Assembly: GCA_012295275.1 (NCBI GenBank)
Contig: CM022674.1
Coordinates: forward strand, 5,456,001 to 5,520,000
DNA: 64,000 nt
Direction: 5' to 3'
From: Chrysomallon squamiferum
Taxonomy: Eukaryota > Animalia > Mollusca
Shown: piece after piece, positions 43,948 to 56,855 of the stretch
Layout of the letters: each line of letters starts with the position of its first letter
How positions within the stretch are numbered: the stretch's first letter is position 1
Notes under the pieces: model-generated
Told to the model about the DNA's origin: nothing
What the model saw: the letters and a program-made list of their open reading frames with translations, nothing else
Databases searched by the model: none
Made by a program: the position numbers and the translations under genes

Positions 43948-44143
43948 TAATACCAGTAATATTAGCAATGGTTGCAGACCTTTGAGTGGATTTCTCGAAT
44001 CCAGTGATCTTGAATTAATTACACTAACAAAGAGTTTTTTTATGTGATATTTCGGTTACGTCTAACGAATCTGCGATCACCCAGTGAAGGAAAAACACGA
44101 GTTACCACTGATTACCGTAAACTGTGTAATATACGCCGTGCTC
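43948..44143 (+). repeat. Direct duplication copy B
   Basis: Matches 41069-41252 with a few substitutions and a small insertion after tctcgaatc. Confidence 0.95.
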
Positions 44144-44574
44144 ATAAATATATATATATATATATATATGTGTGTATATGTAGATCTTTGAAACTAACGA
44201 TTAATGCATTCCACTGATTCCCAGTGCGGCGAAACAGCACATTTGTAAGCTCTCAAAGCCAGAACATCCGGCTTTTGTAACTTGATGATAATGACCAGAT
44301 TAGTGTTAGCCTTGATCAATCATTGTGATACTGTATGGTGCTGGCAGAGTCGGTTGGCTAGTGAACTAGTAGCGATTGTCAGAGCAGTTAAAACAATGAC
44401 AGTAGTAAAAGTAGAAATAGGTGTGGTGATAGTGGTAGTATTAGTAGTGAAATACTAGCAATAGGAGTAGCAGAGGTGCTGGCAGTGGTGACAGTTGACG
44501 AGGCAGTGACTGGAGTAGTTGTGGTCGTCGTGGAATAGAAGTAATAAAAGCAACGGAAAAAGAAACAGTGGAAG

Positions 44575-44752
44575 CAGCAGTAGTAGTAATAGTAGTAGTA
44601 GTAGTGGTAGTAGTAGTAGTGGTGGTAGTAGTAGTGGTGGTAGTAGTAGTAGTAGTGGTGATAGTAGTAGTAGTAGTAGTGGTAGTAGTAGTAATATTAG
44701 TAGTAGTAGTAGTGGTAGTAGTGGTAGTAGTGGTAGTAGTAGTAGTAGTAGT
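44575..44752. repeat. (TAG/TGG)n trinucleotide array
   Basis: Seen directly. Confidence 0.94.
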
Positions 44753-44849
44753 TTTTTTTTTAATCTACGTACATAGATTTCATTTCTTTACCTACCTTGC
44801 ATGTCAAACATCAGAAAGGTACATCCAGTGATCAAATTAAATAAATAAA

Positions 44850-44886
<37 letters not shown>

Positions 44887-46178
44887 CAACTCCGCAAAGT
44901 TATTCCACAGCCCATCACAGCCGTGTTACACGTGTAAATTCCGTTTCTTACTATAACGTTACGTAATTCTATTATGACGTTACGTAATTCTATTATGACG
45001 TCACAATCTAACGAAACGTTGCTTGATCTCAGCGTTCTTTTGCCAGTGACCGACCGACTCAGCACATTTTCTCGAATTCGCGCTGGTTACATTATATTTT
45101 AACTGGACAACACTCGACATAAACTGGCTACCTAATCATATTACAGGTAATAAATCTGTCACTGACTACCACTGACTCAGGTTTATTAGCGTAGAAATAT
45201 GACACAAAAAAAAAAAAGACTAAGTAGGTAACTCACACGAACGCCATTAGCTCGTGTATGGTATTTTTATTTCTGTCTTGATTCTGCTAAGCTTTCTCTT
45301 TTATTATCTATGAGTCTGTACATTTTGAATAGGTATATGTTCGTTCGTCGCGTGTGTGTGTGTGTGGTTTATTTGTCTACATGTGTGTGTGTTCGTGTTT
45401 GGATGTGTACGTGAGAGAGACAGAGAGATTATACACAGTTTTTTTTTTCCATTTATATGTTATCTTTGTATTGTTTCGTTGTAATTTTTTCCTCTCGTTT
45501 TGACGCCATCGTATTTCTTTCTCTCTATCTCTTTATCTTTTTATCTCTTTCTTTCGCTCTCTTTCAATCTCTTTCTCTCTTTGAATACAACCCATGTGTA
45601 TATATCTCTCTCATGTGTATATATATTAGTCGCTCAGTTTCGTAATAATCTCTGAAATCTCACCACACATACATATACTATAAACTCTCCCTCCCTCCCT
45701 CTCCCTCTCTTCCTCCATCCCTCTCACTCCCTCCCTCTCCCTCTCTTCCTCCATCCCTCTCCCTCCCTCCCTCTCCCCACTCCCTCCTCTCTCTCTTCAT
45801 CCCCTCTCTCAGTCTCGTGCTCCCGTCGCCCCATTTCCTTTTCCCTCGCTCTTCAAAATGAAGTACATAAAAATGATGGCGTAATGTCGACTGATGTGTC
45901 ATTTTGTGTGTCGTTAACCTAAAAAAAAAAAATCATTATTTTTCATGACTTCATCCTCATCATAATATCCTAACCATCGCCATCTCTCTTACAGTCACGT
46001 AATAAGGATATAACGATACAAGAGGCACAGAAATAACAGTGAATCGATAGACGCGTCCTATAGCAGTACACGGGTTTGTCTCAACAAGTCGACTTTTTTT
46101 AAATAGAAGAGTTCATAATTATCGTGTGGTCGTATTTTTTTTATATGTATATATATATAATTTTTTCTTACATAATTG

Positions 46179-46209
<31 letters not shown>

Positions 46210-46417
46210 ATTGTTATTATTTTATTTATTTTATTTTATTTATTTATTTATTTACGTATTTATTGTTTGTTTGTTTAATTATTTATTTGTTTATTTATTT
46301 TTTGTTTTATTTTTTTTATTTATTTTATTTTTTATTTATTTATTTATTTATTTATTATTTTATTTTTTTTTTTTTTTTAATTATTTAAATTTTATCTACT
46401 TATTATTTATTTAATTT

Positions 46418-46452
<35 letters not shown>

Positions 46453-46599
46453 CTTTTAACGTATATATTTATTTTTAATTTTTTAACAGCCTGATGAAAA
46501 TATACTATGATACCCATAGCATATGTAGTTTTAAAACTTTCAAAAAATATATTGTTGTTGCTGCTGATATTATTATTATTGATTTTTGTTGTTGTCGTT

Positions 46600-46630
<31 letters not shown>

Positions 46631-47284
46631 TTATTATGTAACCACACTATCATAGCTGGACAAATATCAGGCCAATCTTCACAAAGAAAAAATAGAAAAC
46701 CGCCAAACTTTTATTTGCGTAGGCAAATATCAATTGCCAGCTCTATAACACTCTGTAATCTTTCTTCTTTTAATACCAAAGAATACAGCAAACAGAAAAA
46801 AAATAAAAATAAAAACTTCAAAAAAAAAAAAAATAAAAAATAACGAAAACGAAATCTTCACAGAACATTTTTGATGGCGTCATCGAAACAAGTATTAAAC
46901 CCCTTGAGTAGTTTTCTCATCTTTTCTATTTCTTTTTTTTTTTTTTTTTTTTTTTTTTCTTTGTGTATCGAAGTCATGTTTTATATTTTCCTTGTCTACT
47001 GGTCGAAGATAATCAACGTATTGTTTGTTGTATAGGTGAGCAAATAATCAGTGAAATGACTTCATGGCGTCTCGTTAGAATCAAATAACAGTCGAGAGAA
47101 AATATGATTTTTTTTTTGTAAGCTTTTTTTATTTTATTTTTTTTTTTGTAAAATGGTATAAGAGTCTAAACAAGGACCCGCGTCAGAAAATCGTTTTATT
47201 CATGAACTGTTATTATTAGTGGAGGAACTGAAAGATTGAAAAAAAAAAAAAAAAAAAAAAAAAGTTTTTAAAAAAAATATATAT

Positions 47285-47690
47285 GTATTCCAAGAAATTT
47301 CGTTTGTTTGATATTCTTATGACGGGTGATGTATTTGTTTGATTGGAATAAGAATCATGAAGAGGAGATAAAAATAATTTAAAAAAATAAAAATTGTTTC
47401 TTGAAATTTGATTCTGTAGTAATTTATTACTTATAATAAATAAGATGATTAAAAATATTAAAATTTAAAAAACAATTTTGTTTTTATTTTTTTATTATTA
47501 TATTTTGATTTTTGAAATTTGATTTTTCGGTGACATATATTTATAGTAATAAGATCATAATATTAAAATATAAAAAATATGCACAAAAATTAATTTTCTT
47601 GACATTTGGTTTTTCAGTTGCACAATTATAATGAATAATAATATGATTATAATATTAAAATATAAAAACTATATAAAACAAATTTTTATT
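47285..47690. repeat. Degenerate AT-rich tandem repeat, ~85-110 bp period
   Basis: ttgaaatttgatt-like words near 47401, 47512 and 47599, each followed by aataa(g)at...aatattaaaat.taaaaa. Confidence 0.55.
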
Positions 47691-48035
47691 TTATTTTATT
47701 ATTTTTGTTAACATCCTGATGAAAACGTAACCATAGCATTTGTAGTTGTCCATGATTTTGAAGAAAAAAAAATATATATATTTATATAAAAAATTGAAAT
47801 ACATTTAGTGAAATATAGTTTGTTAAAAATGTGAGGCTATAAGACTCAAATTTCAAAAATAAATTTCAAAGCATCTTTTCCGATTTTATTTTTTCACATT
47901 CAGACAAGAGGGTAAATATAACAATGTGGAGAATGTATTGTTAGCGTTTTTATATAAGTTTTCCATGTGATTCTTGTAAAACAGGATATTAGAAGACTTA
48001 GAGGTTTCCCTTTGTGTCAGATACTGAAGCCGTAT

Positions 48036-48335
48036 TTTGTTTTTACACATTATGAAACCTTCACTTTGCTTTTATATATTATGAAACCTTCCCTTTGTTT
48101 TTATATATTATGAAACCTTCACTTTGTTTTTATATACTATGAAACCCTGACTTTCTTTTTATACATTATGAAACCTTCACTTTGTTTTTATATATTATGA
48201 AACCTTCACTTTGTTTTTATACATTACGAAACCTTCGCTTACTTTTTATATATTACAAAACCTTCACTTTGTTTTTATACATTACGAAATCTTCGCTTAG
48301 TTTTTATATATTACGAAACTTTCACTTTGTTATTT
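48036..48335. repeat. 29 bp minisatellite, 10 copies (tatgaaaccttcactttgtttttatatat)
   Basis: Unit starts at 48051, 48080, 48109, 48138, 48167, 48196, 48225, 48254, 48283 and 48312; head-to-tail with no spacers. Confidence 0.96.
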
Positions 48336-48579
48336 ACTGCATTGGTTTATGTGATATTTGTGGACCTTTCTTACCATTATCTTTGTTTTTTATCCAGGAG
48401 ATTGAGTTTGAAATACTGGTGTTTTATTACCTTAATTAGCAATTCCAAGTTTTTGAACTGTGTAATAAACAGCATGTGGGTTTCCTTTTTTGTATGTCCA
48501 TACGAACGCATGCAGTCTGTCTGTGAGTGTTCGCTTTAATCTGTGTTGTATCAGTGTACTTATACCCTTGGATGAGAGC

Positions 48580-48794
48580 TCTGTCTGTCTGTCTGTCTAT
48601 CTCTTTCTCTCTCTCTCTTTCTCTTTCTCTCTCTTTTCTCTCTCTCTCTCTCTTTCTCTCTGTCTATGTACCTGTCTCTCTCTCTTTCTCTTTCTCTCTC
48701 TCTTTTTCTCTCTCTCTCTTTCTCTCTGTCTGTGTATCTGTCTCTCTCTCTCTCTCTCTGATTCTGTCTCTCTCTCCCTCCCTCTCTCCATATC

Positions 48795-48828
<34 letters not shown>

Positions 48829-48880
48829 CTCTCTTTCTCTTCCTCTCTCCATCTCTCTCTCTCTTTCTCTCTCTCATTCT

Positions 48881-48946
<66 letters not shown>

Positions 48947-48975
48947 CCTCTCTCTCTCTCCCTCTCTCTCCTTTT
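48580..48975. repeat. Interrupted (CT)n polypyrimidine tract
   Basis: Seen directly. Confidence 0.93.
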
Positions 48976-50221
48976 CTCCGTCACACATAATACAGAGACA
49001 ACAACACATAACAAAATCTAAATTTGTAAGAAAAATCAAGAACTTTAGTAGCACCATTTTAATTTTTTGTTTTAACTTCCCTGTAACGGAGAACACAGAC
49101 AACTTACTACCACTGGGCAGACTGTACGCGTCTGTTCAGGAACCGCAAATACCTACGGCGTTGACGACGTCATTGTTTACGTCGCCTGAGCGAGACGACA
49201 CCAGCTGTTTGCAGCCTGGAAGATCATTACAGCATTCATTTCCGAGTAACTGTCGACGACTTAAGCGTAATTAAACTTCGTCACCAGTTGATGACCCAGT
49301 TTCTCTCGGAAGTGATATAACGCGCATGTCAAATGGGTACTGTTAAATGTACTTTACAAAAAAAAAAAAAAAAATCTTTAAGTCTTCAGTTAAAACAGTT
49401 TAGTTCTTTTCGTAGTCCGAAATGTTGAGCGTTAACTTATATTTCTTTCAGTTAGTTAGATGATTTACGGATTAAATGAAGAATATTTAAAAACTGAATA
49501 TTTTGTGACTAACCTTACTGAATGATCGACTCGTTTATGATTGACTGATTGATGAACTAACTGATTTATTGTCTGTCAGAATGATCAGAAAGCTGACTAA
49601 ATTTCCGACTTACTAACTGACTAATGTATTTAGAGACTGACTGACAGACGAACTGACAGACTGGCAAAGTAACAGACGAACCATATGATATCCAGATAGA
49701 GAGAGAGAGAGAGAGAGAGATTTCATTTCAGAGCCACTGTTGACTTTCCTTGAATAATTACAAATAATCAAACTAAATAAAACCGAATAAGTTTGAGATA
49801 TCTTCAGGACTAGTTTGATAAAACAGATTTTTCATTATTATTATTAGGTTTTTTTTTATTTTTTTTATTTTTTTTTTTTTTTACGTGATATTTCCTCAAA
49901 AATTTTATATTTGGATAAAATTATATTTCCTGCTAACCGAATTGTTTTGGGGTTGTTGTTTTTTTCTATTGTTTTTGTTAATTTTCCACGCCAGGTGTCG
50001 CTAATTGCATTATCACTTGACAACGCTGCGTTCTGCGTTCAAACATCTGTTCTTCCGTCACCTTAGCGGAAAGTAGCGTGGAAACTCGTTAACAAAAATC
50101 TCCGTGTTTCCTGCTGTAATTCATATCTTATTCCTGTGTGGTCTCACGTCACAGTTATTTTTCCTTCGCTTATTTTTATTTTATAATTTGTTTTATTTTA
50201 ATTTATTATATACTTCTGCAT

Positions 50222-50260
<39 letters not shown>

Positions 50261-50332
50261 TTTTTGTTCCGGATATTATTTCAGTGTTTTCTTCCTTTTA
50301 TTTTAGTTTTAGTTTTTTTTTTAGTTTTTTTT

Positions 50333-50356
50333 TTAGTTAGTTAGCTAGTTACTTAC

Positions 50357-50413
<57 letters not shown>

Positions 50414-50443
50414 CAGTTAGTTAGTTAGTTACTTAGTTAGTTA
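50333..50443. repeat. (TTAG)n tetranucleotide repeat
   Basis: Seen directly. Confidence 0.95.
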
Positions 50444-50575
50444 TTCATTTATCCATTTATTTGTATTTGTCGTTGTTTTCTGATGACGGTGAATTTCTTT
50501 AGTATTTATCGACTGTTTCGAGTTTTTTTCATCATTATTTCTATCACTATCATCATCATCATCATTTTGATTATT

Positions 50576-50702
<127 letters not shown>

Positions 50703-52024
50703 GTGTAAACACATATAAATTTCGTTATAAGAATTGCAAAGTTTACTAAAACTTGTAAAATTGCTGCGAAATTCTGAAATCATTTAAACTTTCAACACAT
50801 CGCGTGCAGTTCGATAAAATATCAATCAATCATTATCTTTCCATTAATGTGCGAACCACATCAATACAAGTGATGCATTTTTACAAGACGAAAATATCTC
50901 TCGTTAATTTTTTCTTCATAAATGAACCATTCAGTTTTATATTGGAACAAAAATGATAGGCCGAAGAAAATAAAAAAAATATAGTAAAAAAAAAAAAAAA
51001 AAAAAAATAGAGCATTATAGAAAGGAATAAAATAAAATAAAATACAAAAAAAAAAAAAAAAAAAAAAAAATGAATAGAACAAATCAAAAAGAAAAATATC
51101 CAGCTGATTTCGGGGTTAAAGAAAGAAAAAAGAAAAGAAAGAAAAAGAAAATAATCTTTGTGAATATCTCCAAACGTGATTAAAGAAGCGAAAAAAAAAA
51201 AACACGTTTTTTCTACATCAGTTCGTCCTTAATATTTGTTCCTGTGAAGAAGGCAGAGAGAGGACATCCGTTGATTGCCGTCTATTGTCTGCTAAAGACT
51301 CCCGTCAACACACGTCAATCAAAAACGATAAAATACTTTTGGCGCCGTGCTGTGAACACGAAAACTGCTGTGCGCATGACAGCACTTCCGAAAGGAAGTG
51401 GCTAAACTGGTAGCAAAGTTTAATTACGCTTTATTGTCGACTGTTACACCGATACGAACGCTGTAAAGATTTTTTTTTTTTTTTTGTTTTGTTTTTTTTT
51501 TTTTTTTTTTTTTTCTTCTTTAATTATAAAAAAAATTCTCGTTCAAACATCTGCTTTAGACTCGTTTGATGACGTTTTGTTAATTTTCTGTGACAGAAAT
51601 GTCTCTTGGGTAATTTTTATTCTGGAATTGGATTAAGAAAACGCTATCAGATGAGATGTGTGTTTTTTCTCCTTATTAAATCTTTTTTTTATTTTAATAT
51701 AATTTTTACGTTTTTTTTTTTTAATATAATTTTTACGTTTTTGTTTTCTTAAAATGATATCTTCAGTGATGATTTATTTATTTTTAACTATCCAGATCAT
51801 TTTTCCTTTCTTTGTCTCTCTTACTTTTGCTTTCTCTCTTTTTCTCATTGTTCTCTTCTCTCTCTCTCTCTCTTTCTCTCAGTCTCTCTTCCTCTTTCTT
51901 TCTATCATTCTGTGCATATCTATTTATCATCTCTTAATTTATCTACTTTAATGTATGTAAAAATTTGTATTTATATATATATATCTCCATTCTCTTTTTC
52001 TGTCATCATCTCTCTATTTCTCTA

Positions 52025-52028
<4 letters not shown>

Positions 52029-52116
<88 letters not shown>
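52029..52116. repeat. (CT)n microsatellite
   Basis: Seen directly. Confidence 0.97.
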
Positions 52117-52119
<3 letters not shown>

Positions 52120-52847
52120 TTCTCCTTCCTTTTTTTCTAATATTACAACACCGATGTTTTTTATTATATTTTCAGCCGTTAGTGGGGTTTTTTTTTTTTT
52201 TTTTTTTTTTTGTCCTGTTCAGCTTTCGTTTTAATCAGAGAGTGAGTTCAAATAAGGTAATCCGTATTTTTATCCTACAGTTTTCTTTCATCATATCAGT
52301 AAAAAAAATACATGTTCTATTGTTCTTTTTTCTATTTTTTTTTTTCTTTCTTTTTCTTTTTTTCTTTTTCGAGTATATTAATACTATTTTATCAACTATT
52401 TATTATTTTGTTTTATTAATATATAATAATAATAATTATTATAATTATAATAATAATAATAATAACGAGGGCAAAATATATCGAATGAGAACTGAAACCT
52501 TTGTAGTAGAGTTTTTATAAATTCTTTAATCTCAGAGGAATTTTTTTTTTTTATTTATTTTTTTTTTTTTTTTTTTCAAAAATAAATAGGCTTCGTTTTT
52601 ATGATTTCAGACAAACATTTTTCTTTTTTGATCTAGGAAGCCAATACAGTTCTCTTACTTCTACTCAGATATTTTTTTAATCTGCATATGTCGTTAGTTC
52701 TCTATTGTCGTCTTTGTCGTTGTTATCATTACCAGCGTAATTAGTCTTGTTGTTGTCGTTGTTGAGGTTATTATTATCATTATTACGTTCGTTGTAATCA
52801 TCATCGACACCATCATCATCATCATTATTATTATTATTTTATCATTT

Positions 52848-53060
52848 TCTACTACTACTACTGCTTCTACTACTACTACTACACTGCTGCTTACTACTAC
52901 TGCTGCTGCTACTACTACTACTACTGCTGCTACTACTACTACTACTACTACTACTGCTACTTACCTACTACTACTACTACTACTACTGTTACTACTACTA
53001 CTACTACTGCTGCTACTGCTACTACTACTACTACTACTGCTGCTACTACTACTGCTGCTG

Positions 53061-53104
<44 letters not shown>

Positions 53105-53240
53105 GCTGCTGCTACTACTACTACTGCTGCTGCTACTACTACTACTACTACTGCTACTGCTACTACTACTACTACTGCTACTACTACTACTACTACTACT
53201 ACTACTGCTGCTGCTACTACTACTGCTGCTACTACTACTG

Positions 53241-53272
<32 letters not shown>

Positions 53273-53279
53273 GCTACTG

Positions 53280-53315
<36 letters not shown>

Positions 53316-53320
53316 TTGCT
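52848..53320. repeat. Long mixed (CTA)/(CTG) trinucleotide array
   Basis: About 470 bp composed almost entirely of CTA and CTG triplets. Confidence 0.96.
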
Positions 53321-53744
53321 ACCCTGTTATCATTAATAACACACTATCTTGTTACCATAATTATCATTAACTTCAACTGCTGTTGCTTTATTTTCATCTA
53401 CTTTTATTTTTCAGTTACTTCTTCTTTTCCACTCTCATTGTTTTTTTTTTTTTTTTTTTTCCTCTAAAATCTGTGATGTACAGAGTTTTCTCTTGATAAA
53501 AGAGGAAATTTCAACATTACGCCACACATTAGTTATCATATTCCACCGAGATTTTCCTCATAAATCTCTCTTTTAACTGATTCTATTGAATGAGTTTTAA
53601 TCTGACAATTTCTAGATGATTTATTTAACTCCGGGACGCCATAATTTACGTAAGAGAAAATATTTGTAAAAAAAAAAAAAAAATATACACGACAATCAAA
53701 AAAATATATTCATCAGGGTGAAATAATATCTTTATTAGTATTAC

Positions 53745-53805
<61 letters not shown>

Positions 53806-54134
53806 GTTATTTTTCCGATGTTCCGTCAAAACCAATTCCAGATCGACATTCCTTTACTTCTGTAGACAGTCTCTCTCTCTGCCTGTCTGTCTGTATGTCT
53901 GTCTGTTTGTCTATATATCTATCTATCTATCTGTCTGACTATCTATTTATCCATCTATCTTTCTATCTCTGCCTCTGAATCTCTCTCTTTTTTCTGTCTC
54001 TCTCCTTTCTGTATGTCTGTCTGTTTCCTCCTTCTCTATCTATCCATCTATCTGTTCAGATGTATCTGCCATCCATTCAATCATTCTGCCTCATACATGT
54101 ATGTGTGTGTATATATATTTACATCCACGCTAAC

Positions 54135-54405
54135 ACATAGCATAACTATATACCCACCTACCTACCTACAAAATAGATACAGTTTACACATGCGTACATT
54201 CATACACACATACATACATATATATACACAAACACACAGATACATAACTATATACCCACCTACCTACCTACAAAATAGATACATGCATACACACATACAC
54301 GTACATACATACATACACACATACATACATATATATACACAAACACACAGATACATAACTATATACCCACCTACCTACCTACAAAATAGATACATGCATA
54401 CACGT
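54135..54405. repeat. Tandem repeat, ~100-110 bp unit, about 2.5 copies
   Basis: cataactatatacccacctacctacctacaaaatagataca at about 54141, 54243 and 54353. Confidence 0.93.
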
Positions 54406-54944
54406 ACTACACACACATTCACAAGTACTACACACATACATTCATACACACACACACACTCGTACATACATACATACATACATACACATGGTCTATGTTT
54501 CTGTCTTCCATTCTATAACTATTTCTGTCTCTATCGTTCTCGTCGAAATGGTTGTGTATCTCTGTTTGTCTGTCTGTCTGTACGAACGTACGTACGTATG
54601 TAACTTACAGCCCTGCGGCACAATTAACTTCGTGGCTTGATGGGAGATGTCAAATACAGTCGCTAAGTTGTCCTTCTGGGCAAATTGCAACATCTGATCA
54701 CGATTTCTATCAGTTTACCAATAAATTGCTTGTCATCCTTCGGAACCGTATCACGAAAACCATCAGAGAGTGGAGGCACGGTTGTTATGGTAATAACCGA
54801 GGCAGGAGAGAGTTTCGAGCGCTTGGGCAAAGATGTAGTGATTGCACTGACACTGTTAGTACCCGACGTGAGACGAGTCAGCGGGTCAATCCCCGTTAAA
54901 GGATTGTTCGGATTGTAATAATGATGAAGAAAATGATTGTAGTA

Positions 54945-54978
<34 letters not shown>

Positions 54979-55040
54979 CAATTTTTCTTCAATCTCTGCT
55001 TAGCCTCTTTATCTCTTGGTTTTTCTTACTTACTCTTTTT

Positions 55041-55043
<3 letters not shown>

Positions 55044-55138
<95 letters not shown>

Positions 55139-55167
55139 TTCTCTCTCTCTGTCTCTCTCTTTCTCTG

Positions 55168-55248
<81 letters not shown>
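55044..55248. repeat. (CT)n microsatellite, interrupted
   Basis: Seen directly. Confidence 0.96.
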
Positions 55249-56824
55249 GTATGTGTGTGTCTGTCTATCATATTGTTTTTTGTGTTTTTTGTTCTTCTAA
55301 AAGCCACAATTTACCAGTGAATCCCTTTTTTTTTTTAAAAACCCATTATGTCCGCCTTTGTCTGTGTATTTATTTCTGATGCACATATTAACTGTAAATC
55401 ATTGTGCTCGCTTCGACGTTTAAAACTCTGACGAGTCGCTGTTAGAAATCTTATTTACGTTTTTTTGTTCTGACATTTACATGCGAGATAATCGTGTTTT
55501 TTCTGACGTCTTTATCCCAGACTCGAATTTGTTTTTAATGCTTCACCAAAACCGCGCAATACCGCGAAATGATTAAAAACAATTTACTTGTAGATGTAGT
55601 TGTTGTTGTTCTTGTTGTTCTTGTCGTTGTTTTGTGTGTGCATGTATTTAACCACAGCCGTTGTAATCTTAAGCTCTGCCGATATTGCAATATAATAGGT
55701 TTTTATTATTATTATTATTACTACAGATATTTTAATCAAGATTAAAGGAAGAACATGAAGCCGCATTGTCAATCCGATCTCCTGTTGTTAAACGCAGCTG
55801 CAAAACAATCGATTCCTTCTTGCCTTTCTGATTTGTTTATTTATCAAAAATTCATGCAACAATCAAACAGGAATAATAGCCGACTGCGCGTTATCCATTT
55901 TGTTTTGATTTCGATTTAACGAGGTGATGTTTGGTCCCTCGGTCTGTGCGTGTTTATTAAAAATTCATGTAACAATTAAAAAGAAATAAAAGACTGCGGC
56001 GATAACTGAGACAAAGATCCGGAACTGTGAAGGAGAGAGAAAAAATGGAGAGGATATACTATTATACAGACTGATCCAGAAAAAGATTACCATTTTTATT
56101 TTCGATCTCATTTCTGACATTGTTATCATATTTTCAAACGTTTATCACCATTCTGAACGATAACGGTGTACATTTTTTGTCCTGCAGTTGTCATAGAAAA
56201 TTGGAGTCGTCTTAGAGTTTTCTTCTAAGAAGCATTGATCCTGCAATCTGTCGTACCTCACGTCACACGCTTACGTGAATACTACACAACTGCAAGGCAG
56301 CTCGGAAGGAAAAAAAATAAAACGAAGTAAAATGATGTGTGACATTTCGTATTATGTTACATAACGCAGCTTTATTCTTCATACCACGCGTTTTCACCAA
56401 GAAGGTGGACGCCACGTATAAATATTCTAGCAAGACGCACGCGTTTAATTACTATGACGTAATACGTCTCGCTGATTGCAATCTACGTAATGACGTAGCA
56501 GCCTTCGTCGATATTACCGTAATATGTGTAACAAACTGCCGTCGTTATTAGTTGCGATGACGTAAACTTTCATTATTATTATTACGTAAAAAAAATTGCC
56601 TAAAGACTGCGCGGTTCGTTTTGTATACTGGGATGTGTGGCGTCCGTGTTAAAATTGTTGTTTGGATTCTGCGCCGAAGTGAATTTAAATATTTATTTGC
56701 TGTATGTAACTGCAGTTCTCCATGATACGCTGGAAATGAATAAATAAATATTTAATTCAAAATTGAACTATAGCGTGTTCGAGGTGTTACTAAGAGGTAA
56801 ATAAAAACGCGTGCGCGCGCACGG

Positions 56825-56855
<31 letters not shown>

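Noticed and set aside
43518-43968. Mucin-like Thr/Ala-rich ORFs on the minus strand
   Set aside because: Fully explained by the (TAG/CAG) higher-order repeat; the register shifts between units.
45338-45354. miR-375-like tgttcgttcgtcgcgt
   Set aside because: Partial gapped match adjoining a (TG)n repeat, with no precursor stem seen.
48036-48335. CRISPR-like array (29 bp repeats)
   Set aside because: Units are head-to-tail with no unique spacers, there are no cas genes, and the context is eukaryotic.
49049-49060. miR-29-like tagcaccattt
   Set aside because: Only the first 11 nt match and there is no hairpin.
50333-50443. Interstitial telomeric repeat
   Set aside because: The unit is TTAG, not TTAGG or TTAGGG.
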